Shown here piece after piece: positions 46,279-54,999 of a stretch of 64,000 nt of DNA. A program made the translations under genes and the position numbers. Origin of the DNA: Bacteroidia bacterium. Its GTDB lineage: Bacteria; Bacteroidota; Bacteroidia; J057; JADKCL01. The stretch is taken from assembly GCA_046329055.1 (NCBI GenBank), contig JAXLVK010000013.1:17959-81958 (forward strand). Reading direction: 5' to 3'. Every line of letters starts with the position of its first letter. Within the stretch, counting starts at the first letter, position 1. The notes below the pieces were generated by a model. The model searched no databases and was not told where the DNA came from. It worked only from the letters and a program-made list of their open reading frames with translations.

Positions 46279-48093
46279 TCAGCGTTTGAGTGAGCTGAAC
46301 AGGCGTGACAGAAAGCCCTTTTGGCCACCGGCTGCATTGATCTCGTCCTGTCCGAAGCCTAGGTCGAGCAGGGTCTTCTCACGGAGACCATGCACCTCGC
46401 GCATCGCTTGCAAGAGCGCTTTCCGGCCGACCGACCCCTTTTCCAATTCCCTGGGCAGTGCCTTGCCTGTCACAAATGCCGCCAAAACTTGGTAATTCTC
46501 CAGCTTTGGCAGCTCCCATAGCTTGGCCAGCACCCACCAAGCACTTTCCTCTCCTCCGGTCCGCTTCAACCAATCCTCCAGCAATTGATACCAGTCGAAT
46601 GGCTTTTCCAAGAGGCAATCAAAGGCGCCTGCATCCATCGCGATGGAGGTCACGGGAAGGTTTTTGTAATTGAAGGCGTCCGGCACCTTGGCCTTGATGT
46701 ATTCGGCGAGGTTTTCGCGGATGCGGGATTCGTTGGGGATCATGGGCAGCAGGCGCAGGTAATGCTGCAACACTGGCAACAGCTGCGACTTGTGGTGCGG
46801 CCCACGGCGGAGCATGACCGCGAGGGACTGAATGGCTTGATTTTCAGGCACAGCGTCCATCACATCCGGATTCGGCGCCTTGAGGGTCCACATCGCTGTG
46901 AGCAAATGCAGGTTGGGGCTCCCGACCATGACCACTCGGGGCTCGGGCGCCTTGGCCACCACCTCTGGGGTCACGCCCCGGTACAAGATCAAGGATTCGA
47001 TGCCCGCAGCGATTTCCATCATGGGGAAGCCACGCATCCAGCAAGACAATTGGTCATGAACCCCCAAGCCGTCCAACAGTTTGCGTGTCCAGTCCTCGCC
47101 CACCATCGGCACTACGACCGCTTCGTAGAGCTTCCGGATCACGCCCGCATTCACCCGCTCAAATTCGGGATCGCTTGGCATCTCAGGTCCAGTCGGGGAC
47201 TTGCTCACCATCGCTTGGGACAGGGCGTGCATCTCGTTCAGCAGCTTGCGTGGCACCCGTCCATTGCGGGACACCTCCAGCAACCAATGCGAAAATGGAT
47301 CGGTAGGGCTGCCATAGGCACGAATCTCCTCATCCGGCCATATCACTTGCGTTCCCAGCTCCGAAAACATCGCTGGGCGGCCCGTCACAGGTTGGATGTC
47401 ACTGAATCCAAAAAGGCGCAGCGGGCTGAAGAAAATCTTGCCACCGTCAAAGGCATCGTTCCAGCCCAGATTGGCCCGGAGGCTCTCAGGCATATAGACC
47501 GCACAGGCTTCGAATGCCTTTGTCACCTCATCGGGAGTGCCCTTGAGCACCACCGAAAGGTCCCTGTTCTGCGTCTGCGCGACATGGTAGGCCGCCATCA
47601 ACAATTCGCCAGGGGGCGCATCGGCCTCGTCGTTCCATACATCGACGACAGGTGCCTGCACCTCGATCGGTGTGATCTTGCCATTGGCGCGGTCCACTTC
47701 CGGTGAATCGAGCAAGGCATCCATGCTGGGGAACTGAAATGGCGCGATCCGCTCGATCAACGGCATGATCGTGGGAATCGGCCGCCAATCCGCCTCGGCG
47801 ATGAAAAATCCCTCGCAGAGGAAGACACCACCCCGGCCATGTTCGTCCTTCACCTCGGGCAATGGACGCAGGCGCAGGAGGATCATAAAGGTCTCGCCTT
47901 TGATCTTCTTGTAGAGGACGGTGGTCTGCCCCTTGGGGTCCACGCCATCCGGGAAGTGGATATGCGACTCGATTTCCAGTACTTCCTTGCCCGTGATGAG
48001 GTCGGCAGGCAGGAATGCGGATTGGAAGCCCCCTTTTCCGGTCGGGCTTTGGGTCTTCGGCAGACGGGTGTAGATGTACCGATGGACTTTCAT
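46279..48093 (-). CDS. Large GTPase-partner protein, possibly GAP1 (GTPase-associated protein 1)-like, with C-terminal MinD-like amphipathic helix
   Basis: The start was taken at MKVHRYIYTRLPKTQSPTGKGGFQSAF (M54 of ORF 46279..48252), 14 nt after the GTPase stop. The N-terminal 'YT....G.GFQ' and 'D..GR.G.F' (KDEHGRGGVFLCEGF) patterns resemble, as I remember them, the N-terminal domains of the computationally defined GAP1 family. The rest is alpha-helical. The C-terminus is GGQKGFLSRLFSSLKR. The coding call is solid; the family assignment is tentative. Confidence 0.55.
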   Translation of the reverse strand: MKVHRYIYTRLPKTQSPTGKGGFQSAFLPADLITGKEVLEIESHIHFPDGVDPKGQTTVLYKKIKGETFMILLRLRPLPEVKDEHGRGGVFLCEGFFIAEADWRPIPTIMPLIERIAPFQFPSMDALLDSPEVDRANGKITPIEVQAPVVDVWNDEADAPPGELLMAAYHVAQTQNRDLSVVLKGTPDEVTKAFEACAVYMPESLRANLGWNDAFDGGKIFFSPLRLFGFSDIQPVTGRPAMFSELGTQVIWPDEEIRAYGSPTDPFSHWLLEVSRNGRVPRKLLNEMHALSQAMVSKSPTGPEMPSDPEFERVNAGVIRKLYEAVVVPMVGEDWTRKLLDGLGVHDQLSCWMRGFPMMEIAAGIESLILYRGVTPEVVAKAPEPRVVMVGSPNLHLLTAMWTLKAPNPDVMDAVPENQAIQSLAVMLRRGPHHKSQLLPVLQHYLRLLPMIPNESRIRENLAEYIKAKVPDAFNYKNLPVTSIAMDAGAFDCLLEKPFDWYQLLEDWLKRTGGEESAWWVLAKLWELPKLENYQVLAAFVTGKALPRELEKGSVGRKALLQAMREVHGLREKTLLDLGFGQDEINAAGGQKGFLSRLFSSLKR

Positions 48094-48107
48094 GGCCGTT
48101 GCTTTGG

Positions 48108-49172
48108 TTATTTTTTCGCCTTGGGCTTGGGAAGGGACTTGGGCAACTGGGGAATGGCCGCCTTCTTGCCTTTGAACCAAGCCAATAGCCTTTGGAGGAA
48201 GCCCTTGGGAGGTGCGGCAGTGTGCTTTCTCCGGGCAAAATCGAGCACCCAAAGGAAGGGGTCAAGGACGCGGAGGGGATTCATTTTCTCGTCCACCTCA
48301 TTTGCCCCCATTGCGCTGACCACGGTGTAACGGACTTCGAGGAAGTGGTCACGGGCCATGTTCGCGAAGCGGGTGCAGCCGAGCTCTTGACGCAGCCACT
48401 CCTCGATTTTGACGCTGACGAGGCCCAGGTCCAGGATCTTTTCCCCGAGGTTCAATGCGTAGTAGTCGCTCGCGCCTTGGACCAGCCATTGCCGGAGGAA
48501 GGGATTGAGCTTGGCGTCGGGGAGGTCGCTCTTGGTGAAGATGATGATCACCCGCTGGGAGGAGCGGATGTTCGCATTGAGCTTGTCGTCGGCGGCGCGG
48601 ATGTAGGTGTCGAGGAGGCGGGTCATTTGATCGTCCAGTTCCTCGTCCTCGCAGTCCGGGATGCTCATGATGAAGAGCACGGTGTCCGCATGCGCCACGA
48701 AAAATCCCGCCCGGGCGATCTGTGTGGCGTCATTGAAGACCTCACCTGCGGTGTCGTAATAGCCCACAAATGCGTCATCGAAGACGGGCAGTTGGTGGTA
48801 ATGCACCAATGCGGGGTTGGGGAAGTTCGCTGGTGTGGATTCGGGGAGGTCGCCTTTTTCGAAGAGGGGCACCTGCTCGTAGATGATGCGGTGCGTGAAG
48901 TCGTCGAGGCTGCGGAAGTAGTAGCCGTTCCAGAAGTTGCTGAATCGCTTGAGCGTGCTGAACAGCGAGGTCAGATAGACGGTCTTGCCATGTCCGGAGA
49001 ATCCGACGACGCCGACCATGGTACGGAGCATGAGTCCGGAATCGAGGAAGGTCTTGGGGATGTCCGTCCGGCAATTGGGGCATTGCGGCACCATGGTCTT
49101 GGTATCCCGGAGGAATTTCTCGACATGTTGCAGGCAATAGGGACAGCGAAGCGATGGTGTTGGCGCAGGCAT
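48108..49172 (-). CDS. Zinc-ribbon-fused Ras-like (TRAFAC-class) P-loop GTPase with basic/amphipathic C-terminal tail
   Basis: N-terminal C4 ribbon: CPYC...CPNC. G1/Walker A: GFSGHGKT. G3: YYDTAGE (DxxG, Ras-like DTAGE). G4: IIFTKSD (N/TKxD). The C-terminus is PPKGFLQRLLAWFKGKKAAIPQLPKSLPKPKAKK. Confidence 0.8.
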   Translation of the reverse strand: MPAPTPSLRCPYCLQHVEKFLRDTKTMVPQCPNCRTDIPKTFLDSGLMLRTMVGVVGFSGHGKTVYLTSLFSTLKRFSNFWNGYYFRSLDDFTHRIIYEQVPLFEKGDLPESTPANFPNPALVHYHQLPVFDDAFVGYYDTAGEVFNDATQIARAGFFVAHADTVLFIMSIPDCEDEELDDQMTRLLDTYIRAADDKLNANIRSSQRVIIIFTKSDLPDAKLNPFLRQWLVQGASDYYALNLGEKILDLGLVSVKIEEWLRQELGCTRFANMARDHFLEVRYTVVSAMGANEVDEKMNPLRVLDPFLWVLDFARRKHTAAPPKGFLQRLLAWFKGKKAAIPQLPKSLPKPKAKK

Positions 49173-49226
49173 GTGGTGCGTCAGGGGTTATGGGTTCCTA
49201 GGTCGATGATGGGGGTTTCACGTTGG

Positions 49227-49305
49227 ACGACCCCAGCGGGGTCCGAACATATGTAGAACACGTGGATAGATTGGCCACGACCCCAGAGGGTCGCACGCGT
49301 CATGA
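49227..49305 (-). repeat. Two REP hairpin elements, inverted relative to the 49909..50300 array
   Basis: The elements are CGACCCCAGCGGGGTCcgaacATATGTAG and CGACCCCAGAGGGTCGcacgcgtcatg. Their reverse complement matches the CTACATACGTGCGACCCCGCTGGGGTCG unit on the other side of the transposase remnant. Confidence 0.6.
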
Positions 49306-49780
49306 TTCAGCACCATAGCCATCCATTATCCATTGAAACAAGTATTGTTCTTTGAATTCAATCCCAAAATTTCGCAAAAATCCGAGATATTCCTCCCTGA
49401 AGGTTCTCTTCCGGTGATGTTCCTTTTGATTTTCAATGTAAGGGATGATTCGGTTAAGCTGAGACCGTCCGTGGTGGAAAAGCTCCAAACCCTTCTTGCC
49501 ACCGGAATCGTCCACGGACAAATCGGTTTTCATTGATGTACTCGTTGCTTGCCTTCTTAACCTCACGAATCAAATCCGATGGAGAGCATTCTGGTGACAT
49601 TCCCATGGGAAATGCAAATGATCAGGCATTCCATTTATTGCCAGCATCTTTTGCTCCTTTCCTGCACGATACCTGTTATGTATCTGAAAAGGCTTTCCTC
49701 CCATTCCGGAGCAATTAGGGCCTGCCTGAATTTGACTGCGAAAACGAATTGTAATAAATCTGCGAATAGGTATTTGCCAT
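49300..49780 (-). pseudogene. REP-associated tyrosine transposase (RAYT; IS200/IS605 TnpA-like Y1 HUH transposase) remnant with at least 4 frameshifts
   Basis: Pieces sit in three frames: MANTYSQIY / QFVFAVKFRQALIAPEWEESLFRYITGIVQERSK / KMLAINGMPDHLHF (HUH motif) / MGMSPECSPSDLIREVKKASNEYINENRFVRGRFRWQEGFGAF / GRSQLNRIIPYIENQKEHHRKRTFREEYLGFL (catalytic Tyr in YIxNQxxHH). ORF-track pieces are 49570..49806 and 49300..49566. Confidence 0.75.
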
Positions 49781-49908
49781 TGATTGATGGATTTGGATGG
49801 TTGCAAGAACGCGTGCTACTTCAAAAATAGGGAGATTTTGGCAGAAATGGTTGGAAATGCAGACGGATTTTCATCCATGATGGGTAGAATCACGGGAAAA
49901 TGTTTCGA

Positions 49909-50300
49909 GGGCTACATACGTGCGACCCCGCTGCCGGTGCTGTTGGGATGCTTTACGGGCTACATACGTGCGACCCCGCTGGGGTCGGTGCTGGGATGCT
50001 CCACGGGGCTACATACGTGCGACCCCGATGGGTCGGTGTGGGACGCGTTGCCGTGGGGCTACAATACGCGACCCCGATGGGGTCGGTGCTGTTGGGATGC
50101 TTCATGGGGCTACATACCTGCGACCCCGATGGGGTCGGTGTGGGACGCGTTGCCGTGGGGCTATATGCGACCCCGCTGGGGTCGGTGCGGTCGGGATGCT
50201 TCACGGGGCCTATACGGCGACCCCGATGGGGTCGGTGCTGTTGGGATGCTTCATGGGCTACATACGTGCGACCCCGCTGGGGTCCGGTTTGGAACGGTCG
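49909..50300 (+). repeat. REP array: 8 direct copies (about 47-50 bp period) of a palindromic hairpin element
   Basis: The unit is GGCTACATACGTGCGACCCCGMTGGGGTCGGTG(C/T)(T)GTTGGGATGCTTCAYG. The core hairpin is CGACCCC-GMT-GGGGTCG. Two alternating tail variants occur (...GCTGTTGGGATGCTT... and ...GTGGGACGCGTTGCCGTG...). All three plus frames are spuriously open. Confidence 0.8.
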
Positions 50301-52548
50301 CGCCGGGCGATGAACATGAAATCGCTGCCGGGTTCGTTGGCGCCGAATTCGCCGTAGCGGGCTCGGGGATGATGAGGCGCTCGTAGAGGACGAGCTCTGA
50401 GGGTGATGATGCGGTCATGGCCGCCGTAGTTGCGCAGGGCGTCGAGGAATTTGCGGGCGTAGGGGCTGTGGTTGCCGGGGATGCCGTCCGGGGCCGTTCC
50501 TTGCCGCCGCTCGTGGGTAGCGCCTGGTCTTGAATGCGAGTTTCCGGTTGATGAAGTCGGTTTGGGTAACTTCCTTGCCGCCGCCGAGGGATTCGTCACC
50601 GCCACGGTGCCCACCACCACTGGCGATGAAGGGGTCGATGGTCCCACCAGGCATACGTCCATCATGAGGAAGGTATGCTTGCAGGGGGATCGCATTCACG
50701 ATGGTGCGGAGGTTGCTGTGGGCGATGTAGGTATCGTTGCCCTCGTCGTCCTTCTCGGAATCGGTGCAGACCCGTAGCCCTCTCCAAACAACTCGTCGAA
50801 TTGCCGTGCCCAGCGATGAAGATGAGCAATTGGTCGTTGTCGGTATAGGCCTTGCGGGCGTATTCCTTGAGCTTCTTGAGCACGTCCGACCTCGGCTGAT
50901 CGAGATGACCAACTCAGTGTTGAATCCGTAGTTGGTCTCCAACTCCTGTGCGATGGTGCGGCAGTCGTTGACAGGGTTCACGAGGTCGCTCCACTGCGCG
51001 TATTCGTCGGTGGCGATGAAGAGGGCGTAGTCGGTGCCTTGGCGGCGGACGACCTGGTCACCGGACTTGGTGGCGACGCGGATGCCGAAGCGTTGGATCA
51101 GGCCGTCCTCGTTCTTCGCCATGAGGCGAATGTCGTTGTAGCCGGGGTTGAGCGGCACTTCCTGGTCCACAAGGACATCGTACTTGCCCTCGGCGTCACG
51201 CTTGGCTTGGAGCTGGACCTGGGTGTCGTTCACAAGGAGCTTGACCCCGGTGAGCTTGGAATCGCTCTTGATGCCCGCCTTGAATTGGATGCTCTTGGCA
51301 TCCACGGTGATGTCCTCGCCCGCAGGGGTGATCAAGGTCACGACCGGAGGTTGCGGCACGTAGCTCTTCTGGCCCTCACGCACGGTGAGTTGATCCATCT
51401 CGATGAGGTTTTCCCCTTCCAATGCGAAGCCGAGGTTTTGCCCGGGCAGGCTCGTGAAAGGGATTTCAGTCATCCAGATGTCGTTCAAGTAGGAAGTTGT
51501 AGCGGGTCCCCGGTCTTGCCGGATCACGAGCTTGTTGGGGGTGCCGCGACCGCTGAGCATCCCTGGTTGCTGGGGGTCCAATCGACGAGGTCTTGGCGAC
51601 GCCATTCTCTACCCGGCGAACGGCAAAGGAGCCGAGGCTGCGGATCAAAAATTGGTAGCCATTCTGCTCATCGGCCATGGCCCAACCGATGCCGTAGCCG
51701 ACCTCTTGGGATCCGGTCACCTGCTTCATGTGGGCTTCGATCTCGAAATCCCGCTCTGGATTCACGAGGACCTCACGTAGCTTGTAGGTGTATTTGGCGC
51801 CCTTGATGTTTTTCATGCGCATGCGGCCCTTGCCCATGGCGCAGTATGAGCTGTCCACGGTGGTGACGCACCATCCGCGGCTGTTGTCATCGAATCCTTC
51901 GGAAAAGATGGCGGGCATGTCCTGAAGCTCGAGCACTTCGAGGCTCTGGACAGCGATTTCCATTTTTCCATTGAGCATGTAGCCTGCCTTGGAACCGAGG
52001 AAGGTCTTGTTGGGCATGCTCCAAACGAACTGATCGTTCAGGTAAAAGGACATCATGCCGTTCACGTTGCGGAGGCTGAGCTTGTTGACCTCGCCTGCGG
52101 GCTTGATGACTCCGGTGGTTGCAGTGAAGGGTTTGAGCTCCTCGATCGCGCCATGGTTGCGGCGGATCACGCGGTACTGTCCGGCACTGTTGATGTTGAG
52201 TGCGAAGAAGCTCGAATCGTCGGCGGCGCCCCATACGAAACCGAATCCATCGGTGGCGCGGCCAAATTTTTGGGTGAGTTTGGTCTGAATGGTGAAGTCG
52301 GGGCTGCCGTTCAGGGGCAATTCCTCGAGCAGAAAGACGGACACGCCATCGGGGACCCTGCCTTCGAGTTTGTAGTTGCCATCGGCGACGGCGGCGAAGG
52401 CCGTTTCGTCGTCAGCGTCTGTCCAGCCGTGGTGGTTGTCTTTGAAATCCTCCCTGAAAATGACCCTCTCCTGTGCACGGAGCCCGGTCAAGCAACCCGC
52501 GAGGGTCACCAGGAACATGATCAACGATTTTCTCACCATGATGCTCAC
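50258..52548 (-). pseudogene. Secreted caspase-family (peptidase C14) protein with N-terminal jelly-roll-like repeats, disrupted by about 6 frameshifts
   Basis: ORF 51466..52548 carries the signal peptide MVRKSLIMFLVTLAGCLTGLRAQ and repeat domains. ORF 50415..51605 continues through the caspase start DYALFIATDEYAQWSDLVNPVNDCRTIAQEL. Another frame (50662..50883) has the catalytic His segment DQLLIFIAGHG. The sequence returns to GNDTYIAHSNLRTIVNAIP. Another frame (50258..50695) has KHTFLMMDVC (catalytic Cys), HSPYARKFLDALRNYGGHDRIITL and FGANEPGSDFMFI. Confidence 0.7.
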
Positions 52549-52705
52549 AGACTGTAGCTTGAGTTCAAATATAGTGTACGGAGAATTAGAAATTAGAGAT
52601 GAAGAATGAGGAATTAGAAATTCTGGTGTTTCCAGATAGCAGATAGAAGATAGCAGTTAGCAGTTCGACTTTCAGGGATTTGGAGTGCGATCCTTGAAAA
52701 TGGTT

Positions 52706-52765
52706 GCAGGTAGCAGTTAGCAGTTTTTGACGCCTGGGGCGTGGTCACTGCTATCTGCTACCTGC
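52706..52765 (-). terminator. Long hairpin (19-bp stem, 1 mismatch) downstream of the 52779..54767 gene
   Basis: GCAGGTAGCAGTTAGCAGT - 22-nt loop - ACTGCTATCTGCTACCTGC, about 14 nt past the stop codon of the minus-strand gene. The arms are built from TAGCAG-type short repeats that also occur at about 52636-52668. Confidence 0.45.
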
Positions 52766-52778
52766 TCCCTGCTAATTG

Positions 52779-54767
52779 TTACTTCACTTTGGCGATGGGC
52801 ACCATGCCGATGCCGCGCTTGACCATGGTGGGCTTTTGCTTCCAGCTGGTTTGGCCGAGAACTTTGTCGCTCACGTAGTCATTCATTTCTTCGACGGTGA
52901 CGTTGCCGTTGCCGTTTTTGTCGGCCTTGCCGTCCATGGCTTCGAGCATGGCTTGGGCGAAGAGGCTGCCCTTGTCGGGGGTGACGGTGCTCTTCTGCTT
53001 GGCGCTGGTGCTGCTCAGGAAGATGCGGATTTCGTCATCGTTGTCGATCACCTTGCCGAAGTCGGTCTGGACGGCGTCCATGTTGGCATGGCCGATGGTG
53101 GGCGCGCTGGCGTCAGCCTTGGTGGAGTGGCTGGCGTCGAGGAAGTAGAGGGTCGGCGCGCTGTAGCGGCTGATTTCCTCGATCACCCAACGGTTGTCCA
53201 CGGAGGAGACTTCCATTTCGGAGGGGTCGGTCTTCACATCGGTGGGCTTGAGGAAGAAGCTGCCGCCGCTCTCAGCGCCTTGTCCGGCGAAGTAGATGAG
53301 GACGAGGTCTTCCTTGGCAGCCTTGCCCTTCATCTGACGGATGGCGTCTTCGATGTTGGCCTTGGTGGCGTCTTTGTTGCTCAGGACTTTGGTCTTCACG
53401 TCGTTGAAGAGGCGGCCCTTCTGAGCGGTGAAGGCGTTCACCAGGTTGTTGGCGTCGGTGCTGGCGTGAGCGAGGTCGAGGTTGTCGTCGCTGTAGTCGT
53501 CGATGCCGATGGCGAGGACGTGGAGGTCGCGGACCTTGATCTCACGGGCGGGGTTTTTGTACACCACGAAGCGCTCGCCACTGGTGAAGCGGCCCAGGTT
53601 GGTTTCAACTTCGAGGACGATGGAGTTGCCACCCTCGATGAGGGGCAGGGTTTCTTCCACGAAGAAGTCATCGCCGTTGCCTTGCTTGCGGAGCACCACG
53701 TGACCGATTTCCTTGTTGGTCATCTGGTGGTTCAGGCGCAGGGTGAGGTTCTTGATTTCGGGCATTTGCTGGCCCACGCCCGGCTTGAGGCTGAGCTTCA
53801 GGTTGTAGATGGAGTCGGTGACGACGATGTTCTCAGCGGAGGAGCTCCAGTTGATGAGGACCGGGGTGCCGTAGCCGAAGCCACCGCCATCCCAATCGTC
53901 GCCGCGCATTGCCACAGAGCCAGCCTCGAATTGGTCGTAGAAGAGGTTGTTGACGGTGGACTTGGCGTTGGCGCCACGGCCTTTCACAGACTTGCGGGCG
54001 AGCAGGTCGGCGTTGTTGTAGGCGAACTCAGTGGTCTCAGCGAGGATGAGGTCACCGTCTTTTTCCTCGTATTTCTTCATCTCCTTGACGTGGTTGCCGT
54101 CCCAGAAGATGCTCAACTGGGTGTTGAGGCCCACGCGCTGCTCCTTGATCTCGCTCAAGTGGCCGCTGGTGTAGATGTAGGTGGCATTCAGGCCGGGCGC
54201 GTTCATGGCCACGAGTTGGCCGTCGGCGTCATAGGTGTACTGGATGTTCAGGGTCTTGGTGGGGATGCCCTTGGAGAACCAGCGGACGCGGGTCAGCATG
54301 GCGTGGGAGTCGTAGGTGCCTTCGATCTCGCTGTTGTCGGCGTCGTTCTTGAGCACGGACTTGGTCAGGGTACCCTTGCGGTCGTAGTAGAAATACTGAG
54401 CGCTGACGGGCTTGCCAGCGTCCATGGTGCTGACCTTGCGGAGGTGACCCTCGCTGTCGTAGCCGATGTTTTGGACGCGGGTGCCTTCTTCAGCACGGAC
54501 AAGGTTGCCATTTTGGTCAAACTCGAGCATTTTCCGGAAGGTTCCGGTCGCATCGCCCTCTTCCTGCTTGCGGATCTTGAGGACGCCTTTTTCCCTCCAC
54601 TTGTTGTAATTGCCCAGGCTCACTTGCATGCTCGTGGACTCCAACGGGTTGTCCAAAGCCTGCTGCAGCAGCACGTCATTGACGTTTTGCCCGGAGACGT
54701 TGGTGCCCATCAGTACCAGCAATGCCAACAAGGCTGGTGCCGTGATCAGACGCTTCATCATTTTCAT
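52779..54767 (-). CDS. Secreted YD/RHS-repeat plus caspase-like (C14) domain protein lacking both catalytic residues (predicted pseudo-protease)
   Basis: Signal peptide is MKMMKRLITAPALLALLVLMGTNVSGQ (M12 of the ORF). YD-type repeats: FDQNGNLVRAEE, GYDSEGHLRKV, YYDRKGTLTKS, YTYDADGQLVAM. Caspase fold: LHVLAIGIDDYSD...DLVLIYFAGQG (Gln where the GHG His should be) ...TLYFLDASHS (Ser where the DxC Cys should be). Confidence 0.8.
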   Translation of the reverse strand: MKMMKRLITAPALLALLVLMGTNVSGQNVNDVLLQQALDNPLESTSMQVSLGNYNKWREKGVLKIRKQEEGDATGTFRKMLEFDQNGNLVRAEEGTRVQNIGYDSEGHLRKVSTMDAGKPVSAQYFYYDRKGTLTKSVLKNDADNSEIEGTYDSHAMLTRVRWFSKGIPTKTLNIQYTYDADGQLVAMNAPGLNATYIYTSGHLSEIKEQRVGLNTQLSIFWDGNHVKEMKKYEEKDGDLILAETTEFAYNNADLLARKSVKGRGANAKSTVNNLFYDQFEAGSVAMRGDDWDGGGFGYGTPVLINWSSSAENIVVTDSIYNLKLSLKPGVGQQMPEIKNLTLRLNHQMTNKEIGHVVLRKQGNGDDFFVEETLPLIEGGNSIVLEVETNLGRFTSGERFVVYKNPAREIKVRDLHVLAIGIDDYSDDNLDLAHASTDANNLVNAFTAQKGRLFNDVKTKVLSNKDATKANIEDAIRQMKGKAAKEDLVLIYFAGQGAESGGSFFLKPTDVKTDPSEMEVSSVDNRWVIEEISRYSAPTLYFLDASHSTKADASAPTIGHANMDAVQTDFGKVIDNDDEIRIFLSSTSAKQKSTVTPDKGSLFAQAMLEAMDGKADKNGNGNVTVEEMNDYVSDKVLGQTSWKQKPTMVKRGIGMVPIAKVK

Positions 54768-54999
54768 ACGAGGTGTTTTCGTTGATAAGAATTTAACCAA
54801 TTAGCGGGGTACCCATGCCACATTACGCGACAGAAATGCCCTCGGTTTTTCAAATTTTAACGTTTTCTAAATCGATGTAAGATCGAGACGGTAAATGTTC
54901 AGCGAATGCAGAAGCACCAGGGTTGCCCCCGGCGTGCCTGGCCCACTTCACCACCTACCATCGAAGGCACAAGTTACGACGAGTTTCCGACCCCCAAAT

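Noticed and set aside
46585-49256. Plus-strand ORFs 46585..47706 (373 aa) and 48192..49256 (354 aa)
   Set aside because: They lie antisense to the GAP1-like and GTPase genes. There are no motifs, and the opposite strand has Walker A, DTAGE and TKSD motifs.
49784-50386. Possible CRISPR array, or three overlapping ORFs across the 47-50-bp periodic region
   Set aside because: The inter-hairpin segments are themselves conserved in two alternating variants instead of being unique spacers. The unit is a REP-type hairpin. A RAYT remnant lies adjacent with inverted copies on its other side. No cas genes are present.
50258-54767. Treating the caspase genes as effectors of the GTPase operon (one contiguous minus-strand system 46279..54767)
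   Set aside because: Both caspase-family proteins have N-terminal signal peptides (extracytoplasmic), whereas the GTPase pair is cytoplasmic and membrane-peripheral. A REP/RAYT insertion also separates them. I keep this only as a remote possibility mentioned in the findings.
52776-54785. Plus-strand ORF 52776..54785 (669 aa)
   Set aside because: It is a mirror image of the YD-repeat/caspase-like gene. The translation is a Gly/Val/Ala/Asp/Glu/His low-complexity string, whereas the minus strand has a signal peptide and clear C14 and YD motifs.
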